The position numbers and the translations under genes were made by a program. DNA of 64,000 nt from a virus, in IMG/VR virus record IMGVR_UViG_3300044816_000098, positions 90,157 to 154,156 of that record; one strand, given 5' to 3'. This document shows, one piece after another, positions 10,150 to 19,333 of the stretch; the first letter of the stretch is position 1; each line of letters starts with the position of its first letter. The notes under the pieces are model-generated. The model ran no database searches. It saw only the letters and a list, made by a program, of their open reading frames with translations, and was not told the DNA's origin.

Positions 10150-12095
10150 TGCCCCGGCACTTGACGACCACCGACGCCACCACCTTCGTCCCCACCACGG
10201 ACAAGGGGGCCGTGAACGGGGTCGCCCAGCTCGACGGCACGGGGAAGGTCCCTACGGCCCAGCTCCCGGCCTCCGTCTCCACGGGCGTCTCCTCGGTCAA
10301 CGGCTTCTTCGGGAACGTCGTGCTGGTGGCGAGCGACGTCTCTGCGGATCCTGTCGGGGCTGCGGCCTCGGCCCAGACGGCCGCCGCGACCAACGCCGGG
10401 TCCCAGATCGCCACGCACGCGGCTGCCGTGGACCCCCACGCGGACCGGGCGTACACCGTGACCCAGATCGGGGTGCACGCGGCTGCTGCCGACCCCCATG
10501 GCGACCGGGCCAACACGACCTCGCAGATCTCCACGCACTCCGCTGCGGCGGATCCCCATGGGGACCGCGCCAACACCACGACCCAGATCGCCACACACTC
10601 GGGTGCGGCCGACCCGCACGGTGACCGTGCCTACGCCGTGACGAACGCGACTTCCCAGATCGCGACCCACTCCGCTGCTGTGGACCCCCACGGGGACCGT
10701 GCGTACGCGGACGGCGCGAGCGTTCCCCAGGCGGTCGTCACCGTTGACCAGCTCCTGGCCAACAACCCCTTCTACGTCGCCCACCGGGGCTCCGGAGGAG
10801 AGTACCCAGAGCACACGATGATGGCGTACAGCTCCTCCGTGGGCCTGGGCGCGCAGGCGATCGAGGTGTCCGTCAACTGCACCGTGGACGGCGTGCTGTT
10901 CTGCATGCACGACACCACGCTCGACCGGATGACCAACGGCACCTGGACCGGCTCCAACGCCACCTGGACGTGGGCTGCGCTCAACCAGAGGGCCAAGGTG
11001 GTCGGCACGCCCCTGCTGGGTCCGGCCTGGGCTGACCAGCCCATTCCGACCCTGCGCGAGGTGCTCGACCGCTTCCTCGGCAAGGTCGTCATCTTCTTGG
11101 AGGCCAAGGGCAACAGCGCGGTGACGCCGCTGGAGAACATGCTCCTGACCTACCCCGGCGCCACCAAGTCGGTCGTGTGGAAGGCGTACTACCTGGCGAA
11201 CACCCTGACCTGGGCGAAGTCCCACGGGTTCAAGGTGTGGGCCTACGCCGACGCGGCCACCACCTCGGCCGCATTGGATGCCATCGAGGCGAACGTGGAC
11301 TACTGGGGGATGCCGATCGAGGCGTCCGACGCCCAGATCACTGCCGTGGTGACCCGCACCATCGTCAAGCCGGTCATGTGCTGGGAGGTCCACCGCCGGA
11401 GCGACGTGACCCGGCTCGCGGCCCTCGGGGTCAAGGGGATGATGTGCGCGCAGTACCTGTACGTCACCCGCTCCACTGCGCTGGCCCTGACGGATGACTT
11501 CTCCACCCAGGTGAAGTCTCCGGGCAACTTCGGGCCACTCCACCTGGACCCCTTGGCGGCCATGAAGTGGGACACCGGCGCCGGGGCCAACGTGGTCTAC
11601 CTGAACAAGATCGGCGGGGCGTCCATGACGCTCGGTCGGTTCGGCCCCGTGGTGCCCGGCACCAACGGATACAAGATCACCTTCGGCATGATGTACCCGG
11701 TGCTGCCGACGTCGACCCTGCATTCGGGGTTTTACTTCGGCAAGGCGTCCGACGACATGTACACCTTCTCGTCGACCTCGAACGTTACGAGCGGCTACCA
11801 CTCCGCATTCCGGGGCAATGGGGACATGCAGCTCTATACCCATACCGCCGGGGTGGCGACCGGCACCCAGCTCAACACCGTCTCCACCGCGACCCCCATC
11901 GCGGGCACCTGGATGACCTTCGAGATCGAGGTCAACCCGACCCAGGTCATCCTGCGCAGGACCGACGGCACCCCCGTCACGCTCACCACGGCGACCACCA
12001 CCTTCCGGGGTGGCTACTTCGGCTTCCACAACGGATCGCTGACCGACATCACCTCGTGCCCCCGGTTCAGGAACATCACCGTCGTGTCGCTGTAG
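10149..12095 (+). CDS. fiber-like protein with glycerophosphodiester phosphodiesterase domain
   Basis: AHRG...PEHT...MHD.TLDR GDPD motifs; five HxxAxDPHxDRA repeats; beta-rich C-terminus. Confidence 0.8.
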   Translation: MPRHLTTTDATTFVPTTDKGAVNGVAQLDGTGKVPTAQLPASVSTGVSSVNGFFGNVVLVASDVSADPVGAAASAQTAAATNAGSQIATHAAAVDPHADRAYTVTQIGVHAAAADPHGDRANTTSQISTHSAAADPHGDRANTTTQIATHSGAADPHGDRAYAVTNATSQIATHSAAVDPHGDRAYADGASVPQAVVTVDQLLANNPFYVAHRGSGGEYPEHTMMAYSSSVGLGAQAIEVSVNCTVDGVLFCMHDTTLDRMTNGTWTGSNATWTWAALNQRAKVVGTPLLGPAWADQPIPTLREVLDRFLGKVVIFLEAKGNSAVTPLENMLLTYPGATKSVVWKAYYLANTLTWAKSHGFKVWAYADAATTSAALDAIEANVDYWGMPIEASDAQITAVVTRTIVKPVMCWEVHRRSDVTRLAALGVKGMMCAQYLYVTRSTALALTDDFSTQVKSPGNFGPLHLDPLAAMKWDTGAGANVVYLNKIGGASMTLGRFGPVVPGTNGYKITFGMMYPVLPTSTLHSGFYFGKASDDMYTFSSTSNVTSGYHSAFRGNGDMQLYTHTAGVATGTQLNTVSTATPIAGTWMTFEIEVNPTQVILRRTDGTPVTLTTATTTFRGGYFGFHNGSLTDITSCPRFRNITVVSL

Positions 12096-12103
12096 CTCTC
12101 TGC

Positions 12104-12136
12104 TGTCACCCCTTCCGCCAGGACGAGGAAGGGGTG
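12104..12136 (+). promoter_or_regulatory. putative late promoter TGTC-N20-GAAGGGGTG
   Basis: Motif copy. Confidence 0.7.
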
Positions 12137-12157
12137 GAAGCAGTAGGAGGAGGACAC

Positions 12158-15100
12158 ATGGGGCTGGGACGCCGCGAGAGCAGTCACGACACGGCTCTCT
12201 CCCGCAAGCAGGGTGTTGGGGACTACCCGACCACGTTCATGCCGGGCCAGCGGGTGATGACGGTGGACGGCATCCCCGGGATCATCGACGGGATCGACTA
12301 CTCGCCCCAGATGGGGGAGCAGTACGAAGTCACCCTGGAGAACGGCGCCGGGCACGGTAACTACGCCCCTTCCCAGCTCTCCCCGATGGCCGGGCACATC
12401 GCGTCGGGCGCGCACCTGGCGAGCGACGACTACCCGGAGCTGACGGAGATCCTCCGGGAGCGGCCGGACATTGCTCTGCCGACCCACGTGGGTTCGCTCC
12501 AGACCACGGCTGCGACCCGGGCGGACTTCCAGTTCGAGCACGAGGACACGGGCATCGGTGGGGTGAAGTTCGGTCCCAAGCAGCACCTGCGCGCGATCCA
12601 CCCGGAGACGGGAGAGCAGGCCGGGAAGCTGACGTACTTCGCGCCCAAGCGCAAGGGGTCCCCGGTGACAATGGACAGCCTGACCACGAGCCACCCTGGC
12701 GCGGGGTCCGCGCTGATGGACGAGATGGAGTCCCGACACCCGGGAAGCCGGGTCGTACACGACCAGCCCATGAGCAAGGGCAAGCCGCACTACGACCACC
12801 CGGATTACGGCAAGCCGACGGACTGGGAGTCTCGCTTCCCGAGCCTGCCGGATCAGGTCCATCGGGGCATGAGCGTGCGTCTGGAGGGGTCGGACGCCCG
12901 CGCGGTGACGAGCGGGAACGGATCGGCAGCCGAGCACGGGGAACTCCTGAAGCAGCACCTGCAATCCACGGGCCCTCTGGGCATGCACTGGTCCACCAGC
13001 GAGGACATCCCCCGGAACTTCGCGCACCGCAATATCCGCGACCCCCGGCAGGACGTGCCGGTGATCGTGCACGCCGACCGGCCGGAGGCCAAGGACATCG
13101 AGACCCGGCCGCAGGTCCTGAAGGACCGAGGCGTCTGGTCGCACGACTACGAGCACGGTGATGCCGAGGTCCCGGTACGCAAGGGCCGGAAGCTCAATCT
13201 GCGGGGAATCTCCTGGAAGCCGGACGCCCCGCATCCGGAGGCCGACGCCGACGGATGGGTGCACCACACCTTCGAGGGCACTCAGCACAAGGCGTCCCTG
13301 ATCGTGGTGGGTGGCGACGACGACGGCGACTACCGGATGCAGCACAAGGCGCCCACTCCTGGCGAGGGGAACAACCACCTCGGCGAGATGGGCTATGCGG
13401 GGGAGCACGTCCCGATCTACCGGTCTGCCCCGCACGGGGTCCACACCATCAGCCCTGGTGACTGGGTCTCCACCAACGCGGACTACGCCCACCAGCACGG
13501 TATGCACGGCACCAACTCGGAGAAGGACTGGCCCGTCCTGACCGCCCACGTCCCGGCAGAGCATGTGTGGACCGACCACAACGACGAGAACGAGCAGGGG
13601 TACCACGGCCCCCCGATCCACGAGGCAGACTTCCACCACCCCGAGCTGGGCGAGGTCTCTCACAGTGACGCCCACGCGGCACAGGACGAGCACCGGGAAA
13701 TGGGCATCCACCTGCTCTCGGAGAAGCCCGCCCCGGAGACCCACACCGGCGCGGCGGTGCAGTTGAGCCCCGAGGACCACGCGTTCGTCCACGACTCCTC
13801 GAAGCCGATCCACGAGCGGGCGCAGAGGGTCTATCAGGCCACTCGGGACAACAGCAACCACCTGTACAACGACGATCACGAAGATGCCCAGAGCGCGGCA
13901 GACGACGCCGATGTGGACGCGTACGACCTGAACGAAGACCACGGCAAGGATCCCCAGTCGCTCACCCACGTGGTTCTGCACGGGCACGAGGGCAATGGCG
14001 GCCTGCACCACGGGATCTCGTGGGGCGGAGCCGATGAAGCGGGTGCGCCGTTGTACCCCAAGGAGTACACGCACCATCACCTGGTGGACGGTAGTCACAT
14101 GAAGACGGCCGGGGCCTTCAACGGTATGGACGGTGGGTTCGAGGACGTCTCCGACGAGGACCCCAACGAGGACATCGTCACCCACGGGTCTTTCGACCCG
14201 TACGACCTGCTCACCGTGGCAGCGGTCGACCCGGTCTTCCGCTTCCACATCACCGCGTCCTGGGCTGACGTCCAGCGCAAGGCCAAGCGCATCCGCTCCG
14301 AGGGCAAGGTGCGGATCACCCTCGCCTCGGACGGTCTGGTGATCGGTGAGGTCCAGGGCGACCACCACGTCTACGAGACCGGGGTGCAGCGCTTCCCCGG
14401 CTCCAAGCACTCGGTGGCCACCTACACCTGCGGCTGCAAGTGGGGCGCGTACCACTGGGGCGCGAACGACGACTTCTCGCGGTTCGCGGGCAGGATGTGC
14501 AGTCACGCTCTCGCGCTCCAGTACGAGGCGTCCAGCCGGGGCATGTTCGGCCGGGACGTCAAGGAGGACGGCTCCAAGCCGGACTGGGTCCCGAAGAAGA
14601 TCGTCCTGCGCTACGACATCGACGAGGGCGACAACGTCATGGCGAGGTCCTCCTCCCTGGAGGTCACGCCCCTGATCGCTCTGGCCCACTGGGCCGAGGC
14701 TCAAGGAGACGATCAGGATGAGTTTCACCTCGCCCTGGTCTGCGCCGGGCTGAACGTCACAGCCGCCGTGAGTTCTCCGTGGGGCGAGCCGTCGGCTCCC
14801 CGGCCGAACTACACGCCGGGCCCGACCAAGCCCCGGGATCCCTCGGAGAACCCCGCGTCGGCAGGATGGGCCTCGCAGGGCGACCCGGACAACTGGGGGT
14901 CCATCGAGGGCAACCAGCTCGGGGACCGGATCGCGGCACTGGAAGACGATGCGTTCCTCTTCGAGGGATCCATCCCCGAGGAGGTGGCTCAGTCCGATGA
15001 TCCCCAGGCGTCCGTACCGGGTCTTCATCAGAACGACGCCGACCCGATCTCTGCTTCTGCGGCCCAGGAGGGCCCGCCGCGACCCTCTGGCCCCAAGGGT

Positions 15101-15556
15101 GGTCCGGGCGGCGATATGCCTCCTGGACACCCCGGTATGCCGGAGCACGATGAGCTGAAGAACGGCACCGAGGCGACCCTCCACATGGAGCCGGAGGGGG
15201 CGCTGCCGTTCACCGACGGCGATGGGCCGGACCTGTCCGACGACGAGTCCCTCACCCCGCCCCACACCGCGTCCGTTGAGGACACCGTGGCGGCCTTCCA
15301 GGCCACCGCCGGATACCTGATGGCCGGTGGCCCTTCCACGGCCCCCACGGGCGACCTGGGGGACATCGCGGCGGCGGCCAAGGCCCACCTGGCCAAGACG
15401 GCCGTGAAGGACTACAGCTCCGCTGAACAGGCTGCGATCATCAACGAGGGTTCGAACGGTGTCCGTGCCGCGAATCTGGACCGGCTCGACATCGCAGACA
15501 CGCACTACGCGCTCATCGACTCGGGAGAAGAGGACGAAGGATCATGGCTGAACTGA
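12158..15556 (+). CDS. multidomain protein: GNAT-like, two or more ART-like domains and SWIM Zn finger
   Basis: GAGSALM; VHRG...HWST...AEVPV; IYRS...PGDWVS...EQGY; CGC...CSH motifs; GGAGGAGG RBS before ATG 12158. Confidence 0.7.
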   Translation: MGLGRRESSHDTALSRKQGVGDYPTTFMPGQRVMTVDGIPGIIDGIDYSPQMGEQYEVTLENGAGHGNYAPSQLSPMAGHIASGAHLASDDYPELTEILRERPDIALPTHVGSLQTTAATRADFQFEHEDTGIGGVKFGPKQHLRAIHPETGEQAGKLTYFAPKRKGSPVTMDSLTTSHPGAGSALMDEMESRHPGSRVVHDQPMSKGKPHYDHPDYGKPTDWESRFPSLPDQVHRGMSVRLEGSDARAVTSGNGSAAEHGELLKQHLQSTGPLGMHWSTSEDIPRNFAHRNIRDPRQDVPVIVHADRPEAKDIETRPQVLKDRGVWSHDYEHGDAEVPVRKGRKLNLRGISWKPDAPHPEADADGWVHHTFEGTQHKASLIVVGGDDDGDYRMQHKAPTPGEGNNHLGEMGYAGEHVPIYRSAPHGVHTISPGDWVSTNADYAHQHGMHGTNSEKDWPVLTAHVPAEHVWTDHNDENEQGYHGPPIHEADFHHPELGEVSHSDAHAAQDEHREMGIHLLSEKPAPETHTGAAVQLSPEDHAFVHDSSKPIHERAQRVYQATRDNSNHLYNDDHEDAQSAADDADVDAYDLNEDHGKDPQSLTHVVLHGHEGNGGLHHGISWGGADEAGAPLYPKEYTHHHLVDGSHMKTAGAFNGMDGGFEDVSDEDPNEDIVTHGSFDPYDLLTVAAVDPVFRFHITASWADVQRKAKRIRSEGKVRITLASDGLVIGEVQGDHHVYETGVQRFPGSKHSVATYTCGCKWGAYHWGANDDFSRFAGRMCSHALALQYEASSRGMFGRDVKEDGSKPDWVPKKIVLRYDIDEGDNVMARSSSLEVTPLIALAHWAEAQGDDQDEFHLALVCAGLNVTAAVSSPWGEPSAPRPNYTPGPTKPRDPSENPASAGWASQGDPDNWGSIEGNQLGDRIAALEDDAFLFEGSIPEEVAQSDDPQASVPGLHQNDADPISASAAQEGPPRPSGPKGGPGGDMPPGHPGMPEHDELKNGTEATLHMEPEGALPFTDGDGPDLSDDESLTPPHTASVEDTVAAFQATAGYLMAGGPSTAPTGDLGDIAAAAKAHLAKTAVKDYSSAEQAAIINEGSNGVRAANLDRLDIADTHYALIDSGEEDEGSWLN

Positions 15557-15981
15557 CGAAGGAACTCGCAGAGGGCGAGACCGAGGAAGAACTCAACGGC
15601 GGCCTGATGCGTCCCCCGCTGGCCGGTACCGAGCTGTTCGGCGGGGACCACAAGTCCCTGGAGGTCACCCGGGAGGTCGGCCTGATCCAGCTCCTGGACG
15701 AGATCGAGGAGCGGTTGGGGGACCGGGACAAGTTCCACGTCGCGATGGAGACGAAGGACCACCAGGCGCCGGTCTCGGACACGAACCCGATGACCATCCA
15801 CATCCACCCGTCCGAGGTGGACATGCGCACCGTACGGGGCGTCGTGGAGTCCCACGTCGTGGACCCGGACTACGGCAAGACCGACGAGGACAAGAAGCTG
15901 GAGTCGCTCAAGGCCCGCCTGGCCAAGGGTGACCTGTCGCTGAAGGACCTCAACGTCATCCTCAGGTCCGTCATCGCCTAG
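15544..15981 (+). CDS. hypothetical protein
   Basis: 145-aa ORF with typical codon usage. Confidence 0.7.
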   Translation: MAELTKELAEGETEEELNGGLMRPPLAGTELFGGDHKSLEVTREVGLIQLLDEIEERLGDRDKFHVAMETKDHQAPVSDTNPMTIHIHPSEVDMRTVRGVVESHVVDPDYGKTDEDKKLESLKARLAKGDLSLKDLNVILRSVIA

Positions 15982-15984
15982 GTA

Positions 15985-16013
15985 TTGCACTACAAGGATC
16001 CTTGTAGTAGCTT
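15985..16013 (+). promoter_or_regulatory. sigma70-type promoter TTGCAC-N17-TAGCTT overlapped by 20-bp palindrome ACTACAAGGATCCTTGTAGT
   Basis: Perfect palindrome 15989-16008; the same core recurs at 63246-63263. Confidence 0.7.
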
Positions 16014-16052
16014 CGGAAGTGACAGAAGTTCCGGACTCCCTAGGAGATCACC

Positions 16053-16298
16053 ATGGCGTACTTCCTGGACCAGGGCTTGGCCGACCTGACCGCGAACGAG
16101 CAGGGGAAGAAGAAGGGGCGCTCCGGCTACAACACCGGTGCCTCCTTCGGCACGGCCACGGCCGCGAGCCCCACCGCCAAGAAGACGAACCGGTACGCGG
16201 CGGACTGCACCGCGTGCGGTAACCGTGTGGCCGAGGGCAAGGGCATTCTGGACAAGAAGAACGGCGCTTGGGTGACCACTCATTCGAGCTGCCCCTGA
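16053..16298 (+). CDS. small Zn-binding protein
   Basis: NRYAADCTACG...HSSC; AGGAG RBS. Confidence 0.7.
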   Translation: MAYFLDQGLADLTANEQGKKKGRSGYNTGASFGTATAASPTAKKTNRYAADCTACGNRVAEGKGILDKKNGAWVTTHSSCP

Positions 16299-16315
16299 TC
16301 CTCATGGAGGCCCCC

Positions 16316-16558
16316 GTGTCGTCAAACATCGACAACAGACTCTCCCGCCGCAGGCCGCACACGCACCCTGCGGGGGAGGAGATGTCCATCCCTGAGCTGA
16401 GGAACCACCTGGTCAAGTACCACGGGTGGTCCATCGGCCAGATACTCCAGCGCGGAGACGTGGATGGCGGGGGCTACATGAAGCAGTTCCACGAGAACGA
16501 GCACGCCACCTCGCACCTGGATCCTCGGGGGTACAGCGCGACCGCCGAGGACTCCTAA
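16316..16558 (+). CDS. small protein made of a single His-repeat unit
   Basis: HTH...MSIPELRNHLVKYHG...FHENEH; GGAGG before GTG. Confidence 0.6.
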   Translation: MSSNIDNRLSRRRPHTHPAGEEMSIPELRNHLVKYHGWSIGQILQRGDVDGGGYMKQFHENEHATSHLDPRGYSATAEDS

Positions 16559-16758
16559 TGCCCACCTGGGTCATCACTCCACTGCCGGACGGCAGGTACG
16601 AGCTGAAGGTGCGAGGGCGCCCGGCCAGGACGGTAGAGGACGAGGACGAAGCCTGGCGCTACATCCGAGGCCAGATGGAGCCTGAGGACCGCGTGCAGAT
16701 GACGGAGAAGGACGGATATCGCGTCCCCATCACCCGCAAGGTCCGCAGGGCGAAGTAA
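16558..16758 (+). CDS. small hypothetical protein
   Basis: TAATG overlap; 66 aa. Confidence 0.6.
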   Translation: MPTWVITPLPDGRYELKVRGRPARTVEDEDEAWRYIRGQMEPEDRVQMTEKDGYRVPITRKVRRAK

Positions 16759-16807
16759 CAAGGATCTTCCGAGTACCAGACTCCCGCCAGAGGACAAGGA
16801 CTTTAAA

Positions 16808-17539
16808 ATGCAGATTCAGTACATGAAAGCCGGTGTTGTTTACGCACACCGCACGCGAAGCGACGGAGAGTACACGCCGGTCATCCTGCTGGACACCCAG
16901 TTGCGGCAGATGAGACGGCCTACTTCCTATACCGATCCCGTGTTCCGTCTCGCGCCGCCCAAGACGAAACCCTCGCTGAAGTCCTCGCGGACCTACGGCG
17001 ACCGGAACTTCGTCCCGACGGGCTACGTGGCGATGTCGATCGGCCGGTACGGGGCGCACGTCGGGCCGATCGACGACATCGCGCCGGAGCAGTACACGGA
17101 CTCGGACTGGCGGATGGAGGAACTGTGCCGGTTCATTCCCCTGCTCCCCACGCTGGTGGAGGACTTCACCCGTGATCCCGCCGCGATGTCGGATCTGGGG
17201 AAGCTGGTCGAACTCTCCGTCGTCCTGCCCCGGAACATCGCGGGGACCTGGGGAAACATCATCGGTCTCTACAACAAGAGGGTCGCCGAGACCGAGGCCA
17301 AGAACGAGGGCACCCAGGCTCAGGCCACCGAGACCAACGCGACGATCAAGGCTCTGGTCGGCAAGGTCCGGGAGATCATCGCCGACCATCCGCACAGCGT
17401 CTCGTCCCAGTCCGTCAAGGTGAAGGACTCCTTCAACAAGGAGTTCCCGAACTGGATCGAGCACCGTGGGTCCATCACGTTCGAACCTGATGCGCTCCTG
17501 GCCTTGCTGACCTCCCTGGGTGTAGAGGTACACTCGTAG
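16808..17539 (+). CDS. hypothetical protein
   Basis: 243-aa ORF with AAGGA RBS. Confidence 0.7.
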   Translation: MQIQYMKAGVVYAHRTRSDGEYTPVILLDTQLRQMRRPTSYTDPVFRLAPPKTKPSLKSSRTYGDRNFVPTGYVAMSIGRYGAHVGPIDDIAPEQYTDSDWRMEELCRFIPLLPTLVEDFTRDPAAMSDLGKLVELSVVLPRNIAGTWGNIIGLYNKRVAETEAKNEGTQAQATETNATIKALVGKVREIIADHPHSVSSQSVKVKDSFNKEFPNWIEHRGSITFEPDALLALLTSLGVEVHS

Positions 17540-17582
17540 CGGACTTGGTGATCTCTGGCAGGACACCGCCAACGGAACGAAA

Positions 17583-17617
17583 CGAAACCCCTGGAGCCAC
17601 TGGCCCCAGGGGTTTCG
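17583..17617 (+). terminator. intrinsic terminator-like hairpin
   Basis: CGAAACCCCTGG...CCAGGGGTTTCG. Confidence 0.7.
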
Positions 17618-17620
17618 TGC

Positions 17621-17653
17621 TGTCTCAGGAGCCCCTAGCCCATTGAAGGGATG
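17621..17653 (+). promoter_or_regulatory. putative late promoter TGTC-N20-GAAGGGATG
   Basis: Motif copy directly after a hairpin. Confidence 0.65.
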
Positions 17654-17746
17654 AGGAGCAATCGCATCAATCGGTTGGAGGAAGTACTCCAATGCCTGCT
17701 CAGAGTGGTTCTCCGACCACGCCTGACGTCCACTTAGGAGGGTTTC

Positions 17747-18118
17747 ATGCCTGATCCGACCCTCCCGAAAGAGGACTTCAACAGGTATGTGGATCGGCAC
17801 GATCACCAGCACGCTGAGCTGGACGGGCGTCTTGCACGGGACATGGTCCCCATGTCCATGTACATCGCCGATCAGCGATCCCAAGAACGGCGTCTGACCA
17901 CGCTGGAACACAGCATCTCGGATGGGGTGGCCCGGCATGATCGGGACATAGCCCTGAAGGCGGACACTGCCGACGTCGCGCTGATCGACCGACGGATCGT
18001 CGCGATCGAGCAGCGTCCGGCCAACATGCGCAACTACCTGATCGCGTTGGCCGGACTGGCATTGACCCTGCTGGGCATCGTCGTCAGCGCGTACTTCTCT
18101 TCGAGAGGCTCAAGCTGA
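17747..18118 (+). CDS. membrane protein (C-terminal TM), lysis cassette
   Basis: Coiled-coil followed by hydrophobic LIALAGLALTLLGIVV. Confidence 0.7.
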   Translation: MPDPTLPKEDFNRYVDRHDHQHAELDGRLARDMVPMSMYIADQRSQERRLTTLEHSISDGVARHDRDIALKADTADVALIDRRIVAIEQRPANMRNYLIALAGLALTLLGIVVSAYFSSRGSS

Positions 18119-18119
18119 C

Positions 18120-18947
18120 ATGAGGACGTGGCTGATCAAGCATCAGGTGGCGGCACTGCGGGTGTCGTTCGCCGCCGTGTTCGTACTGATGGTTCTGGCG
18201 GGTATGTACGTTTCTCGCCAGATCTCCGTCTTGTCCAGTCGCACCAACCAGCAGGGTGAGGTGATCGTCCAGCTCTCTAGGAGCCTCGATACCTCGCGCA
18301 ACCAGCTCACGGACCATGGGATCAAGCCCAAGGAGCCTCCGGCCAACCAGATCGTCCAGGGGGTTCAGGGTGCGCAGGGATCCCAGGGCCAGCCCGGCCA
18401 GAACGGTCTTCCCGGCGCTCCAGGCGTCCCGGGTACGAGCGCCACCGGTAAGCCGGGGGCAACGGGCCCCAGCGGTCCGCCAGGCCCCTCGGGAGCATCG
18501 GGTAAGCCCGGAGTGGCCACGACCGGCGCTCCGGGCGTCCAGGGGGCTCCTGGAGTCGCGGGCAAGGATGGGGCGAACGGGGTCGACGGCAAGGATGGCG
18601 CCAAGGGCGCGGACGGTCAGAACGGAGCCCCGGGGCAGGCGGGCAAGGACGGAACCGACGGCAAAAACGGTTCTCCTCCCGCCGGTTGGACCTGGAAGGA
18701 TGCTGCCGGGCAGAACTACACCTGCAACCCGGACGACCCCTTCGACGTGGACCATCCCCACTACACCTGTGCGGCTGATGCCCCGGCGCCCAGCCCGAGC
18801 GATACGACTTCTCCTCCCGCAACGGCAATGGCTCGGAAGACCTCATATGTCATACCGGCAGGGGATAATGGGCATAAGGACGGCGAGGGAACACCATTTC
18901 TCGCCGGTGCGTTCTTCGCTGTAGTCCCTGAGCGGAAGTACGTGTAG
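18120..18947 (+). CDS. membrane-anchored collagen-like protein
   Basis: N-terminal TM and long Gly-X-Y tract. Confidence 0.8.
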   Translation: MRTWLIKHQVAALRVSFAAVFVLMVLAGMYVSRQISVLSSRTNQQGEVIVQLSRSLDTSRNQLTDHGIKPKEPPANQIVQGVQGAQGSQGQPGQNGLPGAPGVPGTSATGKPGATGPSGPPGPSGASGKPGVATTGAPGVQGAPGVAGKDGANGVDGKDGAKGADGQNGAPGQAGKDGTDGKNGSPPAGWTWKDAAGQNYTCNPDDPFDVDHPHYTCAADAPAPSPSDTTSPPATAMARKTSYVIPAGDNGHKDGEGTPFLAGAFFAVVPERKYV

Positions 18948-18966
18948 CGGCAAGTAGGAGGTCACC

Positions 18967-19248
18967 ATGACCCCTCAACCCACCCACCAGTCCCAGAACA
19001 ATGTCCTGGTGTTCATGGTCGTAGCACTCTTCATGCTCACCATCGCTCTCACTGCTGTCTTCTACTTCAGCAGCAAAGATCGACTGGACACCATTCGGCA
19101 GAACCAGCAGAACGGCCAGCAGAGCAGCTCGGTTCAGCGTCAGGACCTGACCAAGATCACCTGCTCCATGTGGCACACGATGATCACCTCGCCGAACGCA
19201 CACCCGTCCGACGAGACCCGCAAGCAGATGGTGGCCCTCTGCGGCTGA
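18967..19248 (+). CDS. small membrane protein
   Basis: N-terminal TM; GGAGG RBS. Confidence 0.7.
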   Translation: MTPQPTHQSQNNVLVFMVVALFMLTIALTAVFYFSSKDRLDTIRQNQQNGQQSSSVQRQDLTKITCSMWHTMITSPNAHPSDETRKQMVALCG

Positions 19249-19255
19249 CCGCTCC

Positions 19256-19288
19256 TGTCCGGACGTATGTACGGCCCCCGAAGGGGTG
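19256..19288 (+). promoter_or_regulatory. putative late promoter TGTC-N20-GAAGGGGTG
   Basis: Motif copy. Confidence 0.7.
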
Positions 19289-19333
19289 GAGACCGTTTCG
19301 TACGGTCCGGTCGCTACCCCGAGGAGTCGCTCC

